Shown: positions 1 through 30,597 of the stretch, piece by piece
Position numbering within the stretch: the first letter of the stretch is position 1
How the letters are laid out: each line of letters opens with the position of its first letter
Source: Laetmonice hystrix
Lineage: Eukaryota
DNA: 64,000 nt
Assembly: GCA_965235115.1 (NCBI GenBank)
Contig: OZ249436.1
Span: 38,814,001 to 38,878,000 of the forward strand
Direction of reading: 5' to 3'
Notes under the pieces: generated by a model
What the model was told of the DNA's origin: nothing
The model's database searches: none
What the model saw: only the letters and a program-made list of their open reading frames with translations
Position numbers and translations under genes: made by a program

Positions 1-790
1 TGAAATGTCAAAGCTGAGGATATACACCGGCAATATTCAACATGGCTGCCTGGATGTCTGTGACTCGTTTCATGGCCTGCCGGCTGTAGGTTTCCTGAGT
101 CGGCATTCCGTCATAGAAGCTGAATATGTCGTTATTTTATCGTGCAACTGTAAACCAATGTTGCTATAGTCAGTTTAATTGTCCTTTTTGAAAAAAGAAA
201 GGTTTTCTCACCAGTGGAGCATTGCCTTGTATAATAAAAGACAGGCGAAATGACGCAGACAGCCCAGCCCCACGCGTAGAATGCGTGCGCAAGGGCCCGT
301 GACATTGTTCGTCATCAAATCGTCCAGACAGTTGTTTATCGGACTTGGTTCTGGTAACCTCATGAATCAAGGACAAATAATGAGGGCACATTTGATCTCC
401 TGAGCAATTTCTGAATAATTACATTATCAACTGTCGTCGTTATACGTTCTTGTGTAAATAGAATTGAAATGTTTTGAGTACTTTGCATTGACCAGTCTAA
501 AAAAAGAACGGAAAAGCGTCTAGAATCTAGATCTAGTCTAGACCTGTTATTATGTAGGCCTAATGTTTACGGAAGTGTGTTTTGAGACTAAGGAATAGAC
601 GAGGTCACCCACTCTGCTACAAACAGGGAAGACCCAATTATAAATCAGTCAACATTTCTGACTACACCTTACCCTGTTGAGCAGATTCAGTTCATATTGG
701 GAACAATGGTAAACTGGTGCAAAGATCATGCCAACTCAGACTGAGTCAGAGGCAGGGGGTGGGGGGTGGGGCTCACTCAAAGTCAAAGTA

Positions 791-1175
791 CAGGGCTCCA
801 GCGAGCCCCAAAAAGGTAGGAGCCATTTTTGGCGCCAATTAGGGCTACCTAGTAGCCAAAGTGAAAAGAATGTAGCCAGCAAAAATGGAGGTTTACATTT
901 TAGGGTTGTCTTTTAAAAATGCAGGACTTAGCACACTTTACTAGATTATATCGCGTCTACTGTCAACATCTATATAATTCTCGTTCCAACTTCTTCCTGG
1001 ATATTGAGCATTATAGACACAGATGCGTGGGCTACAGGACAGTAGTAGTTAAATACTCAATGCGAAAATGAGGTTGGATTGTGAAATAAAAAATATTTAA
1101 AAAACTAGGAGCCAAATATACTTTGGCACTTCAATATTTCTTTCTAAATTGGCAACAATGGTAGCTGGAGCCCTG
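791..1175. mobile_element. hAT-like MITE with 5-bp TSD
   Basis: TIR CAGGGCTCCAGC...GCTGGAGCCCTG; AAGTA duplicated on both sides. Confidence 0.7.
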
Positions 1176-4100
1176 AAGTAGTACCTTACCTAAACTAATG
1201 CCAGGCTTAAGGCAGAGGTATGCCTAAATTGAAAGTCTTTGAAAGTCTTCATCTGACTAACTAAAAACAAACAAATGCTTTATTTTCGCCAGAGAAGATT
1301 TTTTTTTTCTTTAAAGAATTGTTTCAGTCAATTAGAGGTTGGAACATCATTTTTGTGGGGTTTAAGCCTTGGAAACACATGTTTATTTTAACTGTTGACT
1401 GAGTAGATTACTCTTATTGTGAGACAGGTAGGAAAACCAAATGGGTGCAGGTAAACCAGAAGTTGGTAGAATCATAGCCTTTCCGTAAAGGTGAAATTAT
1501 TATGCACAATACACCTACAAGAGTGCAGTCTTTATTTTCAAGATATTGAACAAGATGAAAGGCTATTGGTCCTGCTAAATGGCATCTGTTTGTAAAATTA
1601 ACCTTTGCTTTCCCCTATTATATGCAGTTTCACATTTTGTAATCATTGGTTTTGGTGGCCACAGCAAGAAAAGAATCGGGTGGCTGTAACAAAATGTGAG
1701 GCTGCATGGTTCAAGGTTAAGGGTTGCAAGCAGGTTGGCTCTAATTCGTAAGAGCTACTTTTTTCAGAAGAGTCTGCTTGCAGTCCTTTTCTATGTTTTG
1801 ATCCATTAGATACACAGCAAATCCACAGGTAGTGAAGGGTGTGTATCTATGTTACGTTCACTTCCTCAGTGTATGCACTAGTCGATACCTAATATTACTG
1901 TTTAGCAAGGAAAATTGTATTGTTTGATGTAATTATTCATGGAATCCAAATTTAAAGGAATATGTGAATAGGTCAATCTTGAACAGCATACACTGAGAAC
2001 AGTAGGTTTTTTTCCTTTCTTTTACCTTTTTTAAAAGAATTAAATATTTGTTTATCAGATGTCCAGCTTCCAGTATTAGCATAACCATACAAGCCCTGGG
2101 GAATGTACCAATACAAGTTGAACATAGTTGTTTTGAAAGAGCTCAACAGATTGTTGCAGAGTGATTTGAAAATAGATGTGTATTAAATTCTCAGATGGAA
2201 GAATTGCCATTTAGCCAGTGTTAAAAATTTGAACTTCAAAAATACTGTGGTATTGAGTACAATGCCCACCTTGACCCATGGTGACTTTTGGCTGAAGAAA
2301 TAAATTAGCTATCCCAGCATCATGCATTTATGTGAAATCTCTATGGTAAATGTCTATTGTTGTGAAATTCTTGACTGCTAGCCTAATTGGACATGACATT
2401 ATTATCTAGTGATTGATTCAGAGGAAGTACCTGAGTAAAAACAGGCTAAAAAGAATGATACTAGAAGTATCTTTAAGATTTTCTGAATAAAGCTGCGTTC
2501 ACAATTAGTCTATAGATCAGGAACAGGACGAATACTATGTAGTTGATTTCACATAGTTGTGTTAAGTCATTATGTTACTGTACCTTGGTATGTGGACAAG
2601 ACAAAAGGGCCCCATTTCACACAGCTGAACACATCTCCAAACAAATAGGTCGCCATCCAAATGTTATTAGTTTTGACGTGCAATTTCACACAAAAAATTG
2701 CAGAAATTAGGTCTCTCAGGGTCAGTACGGTCGCACTTCCCTGTTTTCATCATCTCAGTGACTTCAGCACTGTCTCTTTTGAGGGTTCCATGTATTTAAG
2801 GTAATGCTATTTGCAAATTTACTGGTTCAGTTCAACCAAGAGTTGGCAACCTTTTTAGGTTGAGACGGCCTCACTTAGTGAAGCAGGGCCCTGTTCTATC
2901 AGACTGACATAATGACATGTCCACTGGCTCATGACTGCTCACCACCGACCAGCGGTCCATTTAAAGAAGACCATTGGTCGATGATCTGCTCTTTTTTTAA
3001 ATGAGGACATGTTACTGCAAAATACTGTTCACTCAATGCTGAGAATTGTAGCACATGGTATTCAGTTTTTTCCCGTTGAGTGAAATATGTACATGTACAC
3101 TACAGCCTTGCATCATGTTGTCTAGATTGCAGGAAATTCAGGCTGAAATGAAATTTGTAAAAATATCAAGGAAAGGGTGTTATTACCAGGGTTCCTGCTT
3201 ATATTCTCAGTTGAACCAGAACAGCACACTCCACAGGGTTTGTAGTGGTCCTTGAAAACCTTAGAAAAGTTCCTAATTTTTCAGCGCACCTTGAAAAGTT
3301 ATGGAAAGGCCCCAAATCTCTGGAAGTCCTGTGTGCTGTAGATTCCATAGACTGTTTCATCACAGGGTTATGTGATTGTGGTTTTCCAGTGTAGTCTTAA
3401 TAATTTAATGACAGTACATAATTGAATTTTTCAGTATTTTACTGGAAGATGTTCTTGAAAGATTTTGACCTTTAAAGAAATCCCACCAAAAACACAGGTT
3501 TACAGGTTTACAAACCAAAAAACTGTACAGGGATTGGGGGGGGGGGGGGCTGAGAATCGTGTCTGGCCTGAAATTGTACACGGCTGTGACGGTTTGTATT
3601 GGTATAAACAGCAACCTGAATCATTACTGGTAAACACCCAACCTGAGTTAATGCACTAAATTCATTTAGACTTAAGCAAGATTATAAAAAATACCATTGT
3701 GCTACAAAACCAGCAGCTTCCAAAGTTGCATGGGTGTAATTCTGCACGCATTGTCCTGACCACCCATGTTACAAACATCCCCCAAGTGTGGGACTGGGTG
3801 ATGGCTACTGGTTTAATTGGTCTGAAATTTCTGATAATCACTAAAGTTTACCAAAAGCACAGTTTTGGACTAAATTTGCCTAGATCTGAGCTGCTAGAGT
3901 GCAAGTCTACTGCGGTAGCTGAGCACATGTTGTGTTTAACAATTCTATAGATATTGGGCATGCTGAACCGCCTTGGGCAGCTCCTCCTTATTAACCGACC
4001 GGCACTTGTCTTTTCTTAGGACAGGAGTAGTCGCTAGCAGAATTATCTCAAGAGGAAAGAAAATCCAAAGATCTCTTTCAGGTTCACAACTATTGGCAAT

Positions 4101-6041
4101 TTATGACAGATGGAATATTTTGATTCCAGGACACTTTTAAAGTTTTAACTAGTGGAGCTGGCCCATATCCCCACTTCAACTTTTAATGCTTCACCTGATC
4201 AAAGGGCAAACCTGCACTGGTGTGTCTGGTCAGGAATTATCTGTGCACACACCACTGCAGGGTTGCGTCGTTGTAGAAAAAAAGCTACTTAGTGTCCAGA
4301 CAGTTTTAAACTAGCTTGCCTTTGCCATACGACCTATTTTCAGCTTTAGATATTGCATTATAGACTTATGATTCAATGAAGAAAAATAATTTAATGCGGT
4401 AATAATGTTTACAAACATGTACAATGTACACAAGTGTACATTATCTGATTGAAATATGGTCGACAAGGCAAGGCCAGCTAGTTTATATGCTCTCCTCCGC
4501 TACTTGTTATGGTCTAGCCTTTAGTGGGAAATGCGGGCTGTCGGAGCAAGCATATCCTGCCTGTTGCTAAACTGTATGTTGATGGGATTTTACCTTGTCA
4601 CTCCAGTGTGCGTCTGCTGCAGACAGTCTTGTGTAATCAAGTAGAAACGGAAGAGACAATAAAAAAAAAGATTGGAAGATTCATGACACTATTAGACTGC
4701 CAAAAAGGACAGACCTCCATGTTGTAAAATTATGCCAAGAACAGTAGAATTTCAATTTCTGGCCAGAGAAGTTGGTAGTTGGGGGGGGGGGGGAGGGCAA
4801 ATTCTTCTGAAAAGTATTTATTTAAGATAAAGTTGAAATAAAAGGAAATATTTTCCTCACAGTCATATGTGAACCAAACTTTGCCTTCCAATCTTCTTCC
4901 AGTTCTGCTTAGCACCTCCCCACTGGTCACTTGGTAGCTGGTTGTTTGTCAATCTCTGAACTGCGATTTACAAAATATGCTTTGCTGACCAGTATGTTCA
5001 CTCGTTAGAAAAGTTTCGGTTTATAATACCCGATCTTCATTTACATTCTCCTGTTGAATTAAAACAATGTTTCCAAAATAACAAAATCTGTGGATAGAGG
5101 TCAGCCAAGCATAGGGTGTTGACCCGGATACATGTCTAGAATGCCATACCGTGTCTTGGCCAGATGGCAGGCTGCTATGACTGATTAGTGTAACATCAAT
5201 ATGCTTCATATGGCGCACCTGACAAGACGACAGAGCAAGGCTGACTGGGTATCAATCGATATGGAATCCAGTCAGGCTTGGCCTCGCATTTCATTGTTAA
5301 TGTTAAGTCCTAAACGACAAGTTCACCATACACATAGTAGTTCACCCTAAATCTTGTTTTCATATTTTGATTTTAGTGAATTCTGCTCAGGGTTTTCCCC
5401 AGACATTTTTTTCAAGCTTTCTAAATTCCAAACCTTGATCTAGTTTTAAATGATTATTGATTAGTGGTTTTGGCAATTCTTCACCAGAGCTGCTTGTTAA
5501 AAAGAACTTGGGGAGAACACTGATTATTTGGTAGCTGTTGCAAGTTATTATTGTATAATTAAGTATATGACAGTGCTTTGGATTATGAAGGTACAACATA
5601 GTTTGTGCCATAACCACAAGCATGTTTTAAAATTCTGTCGAAGACATCTCAGACTCCGATTTATGTTATAGCAATGTAGACCTACATGTAAATAGTAGAA
5701 TCTAAGTTTTTAAGGGTTTCTACATTCAAAGTTTGGTACTGAACCATACCACAGTCTTAAGACCGTGCATCTGATCACAGACTTACAGTTGTTTGAAAGA
5801 TGTATAATTTAATAGTGACAGACCATAGCATTGTCTAGCATGTAGATTATAATTTCATTGAACTTGAAACAGGTGACTAAATAGCCTGTCCCAAGGTGCT
5901 ACTTGTGGTGAACTTGCTGTGCTGTGGTTTGTCGTGCAGTGCTTTTGTGCCTTAACACGTTGAGTTTTGCATGAAGAAACTTAACGAAGTTCCTAACCTT
6001 ATTCTTTTATATCTTACAAGAGCGTCTTCAATTGTTCTCAG

Positions 6042-22865
<16,824 letters not shown>

Positions 22866-24790
22866 CGCCACCTACCGGCCTGATCTACAACAAGGCCCTT
22901 GACACCAGGCCAGCCAGTGCTGCCCCCTAGGGGCGGGACGTGTCACCAACCACCGCGCCGCCACCACCCCCAATACCCACGTCGTGTAAGCCCAGGACCT
23001 CTGCCTGCCTGCCTCTTACCCACCCAGCAACTCTCTCTCTGTACTAGAACCAGCATCGTTTCACAGGAGAATCTGTTCGAAGACTGGCTGGTATTAATGG
23101 TTAGTTTACCTTGTAGACTGCTGCCACCACATGCACCCTGAGAGGTTGTACATTTTGTAGTCTTCAACTGATAAAAAAAAACATAGTCTGATAATTATTA
23201 TACACGTGTATTATTCAGTGTTTTTTGCGTGCACATTGGACATGTAAAACTCGGGAGATAATGTGTTGCCAGGATAACTGCTAAAAGAAGAAATAGGTAT
23301 TTGGCTTACAGATGATTAGTCAATAGAGAATTTGAATATAAAGCCTGTGATCGTTTCGAGTGGGATGGAGATGTGAGCCAGCTGGCCACGTGTTGTGTGC
23401 CCTGCCCCCGGGGGGGTCGGGGGGGGGGTCAGTGCTGATATTTTGACCTCCCTGGGAAGCAGTGTGTATTGTGTGTGAGTGTGTGGGATACAGTTCGTCT
23501 GGGTTTGAAGGACCACTCGTAATGCTTTCATATCTGATATTGTGATGTGTTCTAGTAGCAGCCACCGGGAGCGACCAGAATAGTCTGACAGCCACTCTTA
23601 GGGCACGGAAGATCTTTTTAACTTTTTTCTTGGGTCAGAATGCTTGTTTAAACGTGAATATTACAGACAGAAAAAAAGGGAAAAAGAAAGGTGACTGGCA
23701 TGCTTTTGTGGGCCAAAAACCAAGGAAACCCCCCCGAGCTATCGCATCCAAGTATGATTTGTGTCAAATGCATTTGTTCTAGTGAAGCAGTGTATGTAAA
23801 TGGTAGGTGAAATTGAATTCTTTATCATATGTGCATTATGTAGTGGGTGTAGGACGTTTCCACCTTTATGTTATGATATCACATTTCCACCGTTACAAAT
23901 GATTGAAAAAAAAATACTAGTTGATATCCTCGTGCCTAGTTTGGCCTTTTTTCTCTCCTATAATATGCTGTGGTTTATGCGGTGGTGTACAAGAGAAGCA
24001 GTGTTGGTAAGTCTGGTGACACGGTTGGCTTGGTAACAGGGACCGACTGTGCAGAGTCATAATGCGGTGCATACTTCCTTGATACTCCCGAAGTATTAGA
24101 ATTCTCTGCAGTCAGTGTTTTGTGTAGGTGGGTTGTAATATGAAACTCCAGTGAAGTCAGTCATAATTGATTACGTGACCAAGTTTTGCCGATCTCCTGT
24201 TAGAAAGAAAAAAAAAACACGCTTCTTGTTTTGTTGGTTAGATTGCATTTAGATCTACTACTATAATTATTATCATTAATATTATTGTCATCATTGCCCC
24301 AGTTAGTTTATTGTATACAAGACAAGAATCCAGCAAACTGTGGCGGGGCTTGTGTGACATATTGTGGAGGAATGGGCTGTGTGTTGCCAGGGTGTCCGGA
24401 GGGGAGGGGAGGGTGAGGGGGGGGGGGGGGGTGACCCTAGGTCTGGCCCCCCCGACCAATGCCCGGCACGGTCCGACTTGAACGAACAGTTGGCCGCACC
24501 GGCCCGACAGTCGCCCGTGGGAATTTTCTGCGACTTTAAGGATTTTAACGCCGCTATGGGGCGGTACATTTATTATCGGGGTAGTGACCCGGTGAGGAAT
24601 CATACACATGGGATACCCATACAGTACATATTGCGTAGACGTGATACTTTCTGGCTTTTTCTTATCGTTTGAAAAGAAAGGTGACGAAGTACTTGGATGT
24701 GTCCAAAGACTCATACGCCGTTCATACTGAAGACATCGGTGTAGCAAACGTGCGATTGTAATAAAGGCACACAGCTTTGGATGCGAAAAG
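22866..24790 (+). other. ZFR: Putative ZFR 3' UTR of about 1.9 kb
   Basis: Follows the stop codon; AATAAA at 24760-24765 followed by a U/GU-rich tract (ttttgtttt near 24807); no obvious transposon until about 25080. Confidence 0.55.
24760..24765 (+). terminator. Candidate polyadenylation signal AATAAA of ZFR
   Basis: Canonical hexamer with a downstream U-rich element. Confidence 0.5.
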
Positions 24791-25079
24791 GAAATCAGGA
24801 GTTAACTTTTGTTTTATAATATTGGTTCATTCTCATCTGGGTGTAACGTCCATGTGACCATTTATATTTTCTCGTGTGGGCATACAACCCCGACCCTAAC
24901 CTACGAATGTGCCTCCAAGACAAACCCTACTAGCTATAATGGTGGTGTGTAATTGTCAAAAGGGTGATGGTAGCAGGGTGCCATCCTTTAAATTACAAGA
25001 AAACTGCTGGGCATCCTGTAGTAGGATTAGTTGATAGCTTTTCTTAATCCAACGATCATTTCAATCCGTTGTGTGATTC

Positions 25080-25563
25080 CAGGCCTCCCAGCGAAACCTG
25101 TAAGAACCTATTTTTTAACTTGGGAGCCTATAATTTTTTGAAAAAACCTATATTTTTACTCTGCCGTAATTTTTTAAAGGAAATTTAAAAATTAACCTGA
25201 CCCATAGTCTAGCCCAAATAACCACATTATCAATATACTTCTCTAAAATATTTTACAAATGGTTCAGAATCGGACCCCCCACAAAGGTTTGTTTTGGGTA
25301 CACGCGCGCTTCACGCCTACGACGGACTTGGCATCTTCCGCGCTTGGTGACTTCCACTTCTTCGGGTAGCCCCATTTTCAAATGTTCACAGCCCGGGTGA
25401 GCAATTCACTGTATTTCCACTACTTCATTCTGAGAAATTCTACCCTAAAAACCTATTAAAGCCTATTTTTTTGCCTTTCTAAAAACCTTTAAAAACCTAT
25501 ATTTTGATTTTCGAAACCTATAAAAAAAACCTATATTGAGGAAGAGGGGCACTGGGAGGCCTG
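25080..25563. mobile_element. MITE with TIR CAGGCCTCCCAG (short form)
   Basis: TIRs at both ends and subterminal AACCTAT repeats; homologous to the neighbouring 25574-26438 copy; no clean TSD. Confidence 0.7.
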
Positions 25564-25573
25564 ATTTCCATTG

Positions 25574-26438
25574 CAGGCCTCCCAGCGAAACCTATAAAAC
25601 CTATAAAAACCTATTTTTCAACTTGGGAGCCTATATTTTTTTAATAACCTATAAAAACCGATAAAAACCTATGTTTTTACTCTGCCACAACTTAAGAATA
25701 TTTTTAAGGAAATTTAAAAATTAACCAGACTCAAAGTGTAGCCCAAATAACAATATACATACCTCTCAAAAATATTTTACAAATGGTTCAGAATTGGACA
25801 GTTTGCATGACTTCTAGGCGGTCTGACTTGCCTGTTGGAAATTCAGCATGCACATGTACAGACGTTACTGGGCAACACAACACTAATGGGCCAGATGAAG
25901 GAGTTATGCATGTGCATGGTGGGTCTAACCTGATGAGCCTGGAGTCCTGCAAATTGGTTTGCGTAGGTAATTTATCTAGTATGGAGAACTTGAGGAAAGC
26001 CAGGGATGCTAACCTTTTCGGTTTTGCCGGAAGATGTACAGAATTAAGCCCTAAACCATTACCTTCTGCCAGAAAGTTATTAATATAATAAATCTTACGG
26101 TTTAAAAAAATGTGGCTTGATAAACAAGTAAAGTCGGGAAAGTTATTTTTTAGCCAGTGAATTGACCCCCAGAAAGGTTTCTCGTTTTTGGCCCACGCAC
26201 GCTTCCCCCCTACGACGAACTTCCGCATTTGGTGACTTCCACTTTTTCGGTTAGCCCCATTTTCAAATGTTCACAGCCTGGCTGGGCAATTCGTTGCATT
26301 TCCACTACTTCATTCTGAAAAAAATTACCCTTAAAACCTATTAAAGCCTATTTTTTGCCTTTTTAAAAACCTATACTTTGATTTTCGAAACCTATCAAGA
26401 AAAACCTATATTGAGGGAGAGGGGTACTGGGAGGCCTG
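25574..26438. mobile_element. Longer copy of the CAGGCCTCCCAG family, with about 370 bp extra internal sequence
   Basis: Same TIRs and arms; flanks ccattg and tcattg resemble a 6-bp TSD with one mismatch. Confidence 0.7.
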
Positions 26439-26477
26439 TCATTGGTTCGTCCCCCCCCCCCACACACACACACACAC

Positions 26478-26966
26478 ACAGGTCGCTCGACACTCGAGGT
26501 GCCGCCGCCAACGACCTCGCCAACGAGCCCCCTGCCTTGGTTTCCGAGATTGTCTTTTCCAACTTCTGTATCTTTCTTTCCTTGCCCGCTTCTCTGCTGA
26601 TTTCGTAAAATATTTTTTGGGTGGCATTCTGATGCTGAACGATCGAGTGCAACTGCTGAATTGTTTAGATCTACAACTAAGCGAAGCACGTGACTAAGCA
26701 CATGCAGAGAGTGCACACGCAGGATGTGACGCAGTATGCAATTACACGGGTTGATGGGAGGTTGTCTACCAAATTATGGCGGGAGATATGCTATCGGGAG
26801 AAATCTATGCGTTTGGTCGTATAGAACCTACTTGTGCTGCATACGCAGCGAAAACACTTCGTTGGACAAAATGCTGTGGTATGATTATTTACTTGGATCT
26901 CCTAGTACACGGAGATGTTGGATAATTGCCGGCAATCCTCCAAAACGTGTTCCATAGCATGCCCCT
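26478..26966 (-). mobile_element. Truncated end of a Kolobok-like element, with a possible ORF start (MPPKKYFTKSAEKRARKERY...)
   Basis: About 390 bp is the reverse complement of 29893-30270; ends ATGCCCCT|TTAA. Confidence 0.65.
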
Positions 26967-29892
26967 TTAACAAACACAGATTCAATATCTGGACGACTGA
27001 AGCTTAACTCATGTAGAAGGCAGAATTAAAAAGGCTTTTCCTGGCATCTGGAGACAGAAATTGTGAAATTTCTCAAAGCTTTCAGGCCTAGCCTCCCAGT
27101 AACATGCGCAGGGGGTCTGGGGTCCCCCAGAAAATTTCTGAATTTAGAAGGCCAAAAATCGCTATTTTGACAGCTTTCACAAGGCCTCATCTCACGAAAG
27201 GGGCTCTCACAGTCTGTAGTGTAGGCTATAATATGCTGCAGTTGTAGGGCCTAATGGAACTTTTGCATCCAGTATGCTTATAGCCCTATATTGCCCTGAT
27301 AGCCTAGATTCTTCTGATCAACAAAAGATGTGTTTTCTGAACATAGGCGCTTAAGAGTAGAAATTACCTACCGGTAGGCTAACCTATAGGCTATGCTTTG
27401 AGAAACTTCACAGTTTATCTCCAGATAGCCCCCCCACACACACACACCCCCACACCCACACAAACACACACACACACGAACACGTTACAATATATAACAG
27501 ACGGACGCAAATGTCCTGTGTCAGAGTTATTTTGAGTTTCATTCATTATAGATTCATAATTAGCACAAAATTCCAAATTACAATATGCGGAATTCGAACT
27601 TAAAGCAACTACACGTATAGTAATAAATGTTTTATTCCGGCAGAAGATCATCTCCTAATTCCTCATCGGCAAATCCGTCTTCACTGGTGCAGGGGAAGCT
27701 GCTGCCGTCTTTGGACGCCCTGTTTGTGGCCCAATTGGATCCGCTTAATTTTTATCTATTTAAGTAAAATAATTGCTATACGAATATTGCTCCAAGGGGC
27801 CGTTCAAGCATAACGCGTTGCCAAATCATCCCTTGTTAGCCCCCGCCCCCCCCCCCATTAAATATTGTAAGACCGGAATACCATAACGTCCTACAAATTA
27901 TCTCCTGCTTCCAACCAACCCTTTCATAAATTTACACTGCATGCTATTTTAGAAATTAGCTTGTTTTAAGTTGATCAAAACTTCCTGCATGCAAAAATAC
28001 TTTAAACAATTTAACTAGAATTTTCTGAATTTAGTTTGCATAGTTTATTTTTTCAAGTCTCCCTTAAACATGCCATTCACCTGTTTACCCTTATGGTTAT
28101 TCTTTTCTGAACAAGTAAACATCTGCGAAAAATCATGTCTGCTTTACACGTGTGACACCATCCCCTAGTGTGAAGTATTTAATACACTAGATGGCAGCAC
28201 TGGATGCATTGCACTGCATGATCTTGTAGACAAATGTTAACACTGGCCATTAGGGGAACATTTTTCACATTCAAAAACTTTCTAATTAGTGGGACAACTA
28301 ATTATATTTGTATTTAGCCAAATGGCTACACCAGCTCAAAAAGGGTTAAAACTGTAACATCTACATTCTTACCATTATGACCTGCTCATTGTCATACCTA
28401 ATGTGATATACATAGAAATTGGGGTAAATCTGACAGAAACGGGGGGCGCGACCGCACCCATCGCACCCCCCACCCCCCCTCCCGCTTCGAACGGTTCAGC
28501 CGACGCCCAACCGATGACAACTCGGCTGAAAAATCGGCTTAGTGGAATCGCGGTATTACCTAGCACTGGCGGATCCAGGATTTCACTAAAGGGGGGGGGG
28601 GGGGCACAGAAAAGCAATTTGTTTCCAGATTGTTTCCATTACTAATTAAAGCTCATGCTCTTGAATGAGAGTTTTAGAGGTATAGGCCTACATAATAGCT
28701 CGGGTTTCCCTGAGACACACCGTCAGTGTTAAAAGTAATTAAAAATGAGTAGCCTAGGCTATAATAGCCGTGTAGGCCTATAATTAGTTAAGCTAAAGGG
28801 GGGCACGTGCCCCCTGTGCCCCCCTCTGGATCCGCCTTTGCCTAGGCCTAAATTGTAAGTTCTACGACGTACTAGGGGACAGTTCTGGGATTTTATTGTA
28901 TTTTGGTAATTGTATCCAGAATTGGTCATGGAATTTTAGTCTGGAAAAGTCATGGAATTTCAATATAGCCAACCTGTGTGAACCCTGTTTTTTTTTATAT
29001 ATGTTTGGACTATTTCTAATTTAACGAAAACAAACAACATTAAACAAAAGTTAACAACAAATAACCGTTTATTAACTTTGACAAAATTCTATTTGATATT
29101 TTTGGAGCATATTTACCCAGGATGTCCGAGGCAGCTAATTTGCCGTCACAGATGTCGGATCCTGTTTTATTGCCAACTAAATAATCTAAAACATTAAATA
29201 CAGTACACACGTCCCTTTTCTCCAAATAACATTAACGCGGTTTATACTACATTCATCACTATACACAATCTACCAATAGGTATGGCCGATCGGATGTAAC
29301 TCGGCTTAGTGGAATTCAGCCTTTAGTCTACAGTATTAAAAATTCTGTCTATACTATGTGCAATTTTTAAACCATTGTTTTGTATCACTTGAAGCTTGTT
29401 CTTAAAAAAAATTCAGTGCAAGTCCCATCAAATATATTTCCATATTCTAAATAGGGTAGAACCATCGATTTAAAAATAACAAGGGTCCGCTAACAATAGC
29501 GAGGGTCCAGGGGCCGCCTATAGGCCCCGGAAGTTCTGGGGATAAAAGACGCCACTAGACGCATTCTGGCTTATTTCAGGTATAAAACTGTAGCTTAAAA
29601 AGACCAAAAATAGATTAGTCTAAGATTACCCCAGTACATGTTGCAGTGCTTCGGGGGAAACAAGATGGCTGTTTGTTATATGTCTAGAACTGTATACGAT
29701 AACCACAATGTATAGGACTACACGTAACGGGAGTAGGGTATGTAACGAGATGCCTGGCGCATGAATACGGCACGACACCGAAGCTGAAGTGCCATATACA
29801 TATTATATGGGCCAGGCATTGAGTTCCATACTTTCCCGCCGTGAAGGAACCGAATCCCGTTAGGTGATGTACTTGGATTATTTCTAATTTAA

Positions 29893-30419
29893 AGGGGCAT
29901 ACTATGAAACACGTTTTTGAGGATTTTCGGCAATTATCCAACATGACCGTGTACTAGGGATCCAAGTAAATAATCCTACCACAGCATTTTGTCCTCCGAC
30001 GTGTTTTCGCTGCGTATGCAGCACAAGTAGGTTCTATACGACCAAACCTATAGATGTCTCCCCATAGCACATCTCCCGCCATAATTTGGCGGACAACCTC
30101 CCATCAACCCGTGTAATTGCATACTGTGTCACATCCTGTGTGTGCACTCTCTGCATGTGCTTAGTCACGTGCTTTGCTTAGTTGTAAACAATTCAGCAGT
30201 GGCACTCGATCGCCCGGCATCAGAATGCCACCCAAAAATATTTTACGAAATCGGCAGAGAAGCGGGAAAGGGAGCTTAATAAACTTCGATTTCTCACGCA
30301 AAATGAAACTGATAAGTCTGTCTTTGTTTACCAAGCAATTTTAATGAAGGAACTCTTTATGAAAACAGCAAAAGTTCTATGAAATACCGATTTTTAACGT
30401 TTCCTCATAATATGCCCCT
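29893..30419 (+). mobile_element. Complete non-autonomous Kolobok-like element
   Basis: TTAA|AGGGGCATACTATGA...TCATAATATGCCCCT|TTAA. Confidence 0.8.
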
Positions 30420-30555
30420 TTAAGGAAAACAAACAACATTAAACAACAATTTACGTTTTATAACGTTCATAAAGACTTCTAGGTCCTCCGATGGCCTAGT
30501 TTAACCATACATCTACCTATATTCCTGTGCTTCCCTAGGGTCCCATAATTATAGT

Positions 30556-30597
30556 TAAACCGGTACCTTGTCCCCATGGGGACAAGGTACCGGTTTA
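30556..30597. repeat. Perfect 42-bp loopless palindrome
   Basis: TAAACCGGTACCTTGTCCCCA|TGGGGACAAGGTACCGGTTTA. Confidence 0.9.

Noticed and set aside
1..6041. First ZFR coding exon or another gene
   Set aside because: No ZFR N-terminal motif found and the short ORFs lack coding character; treated as intron.
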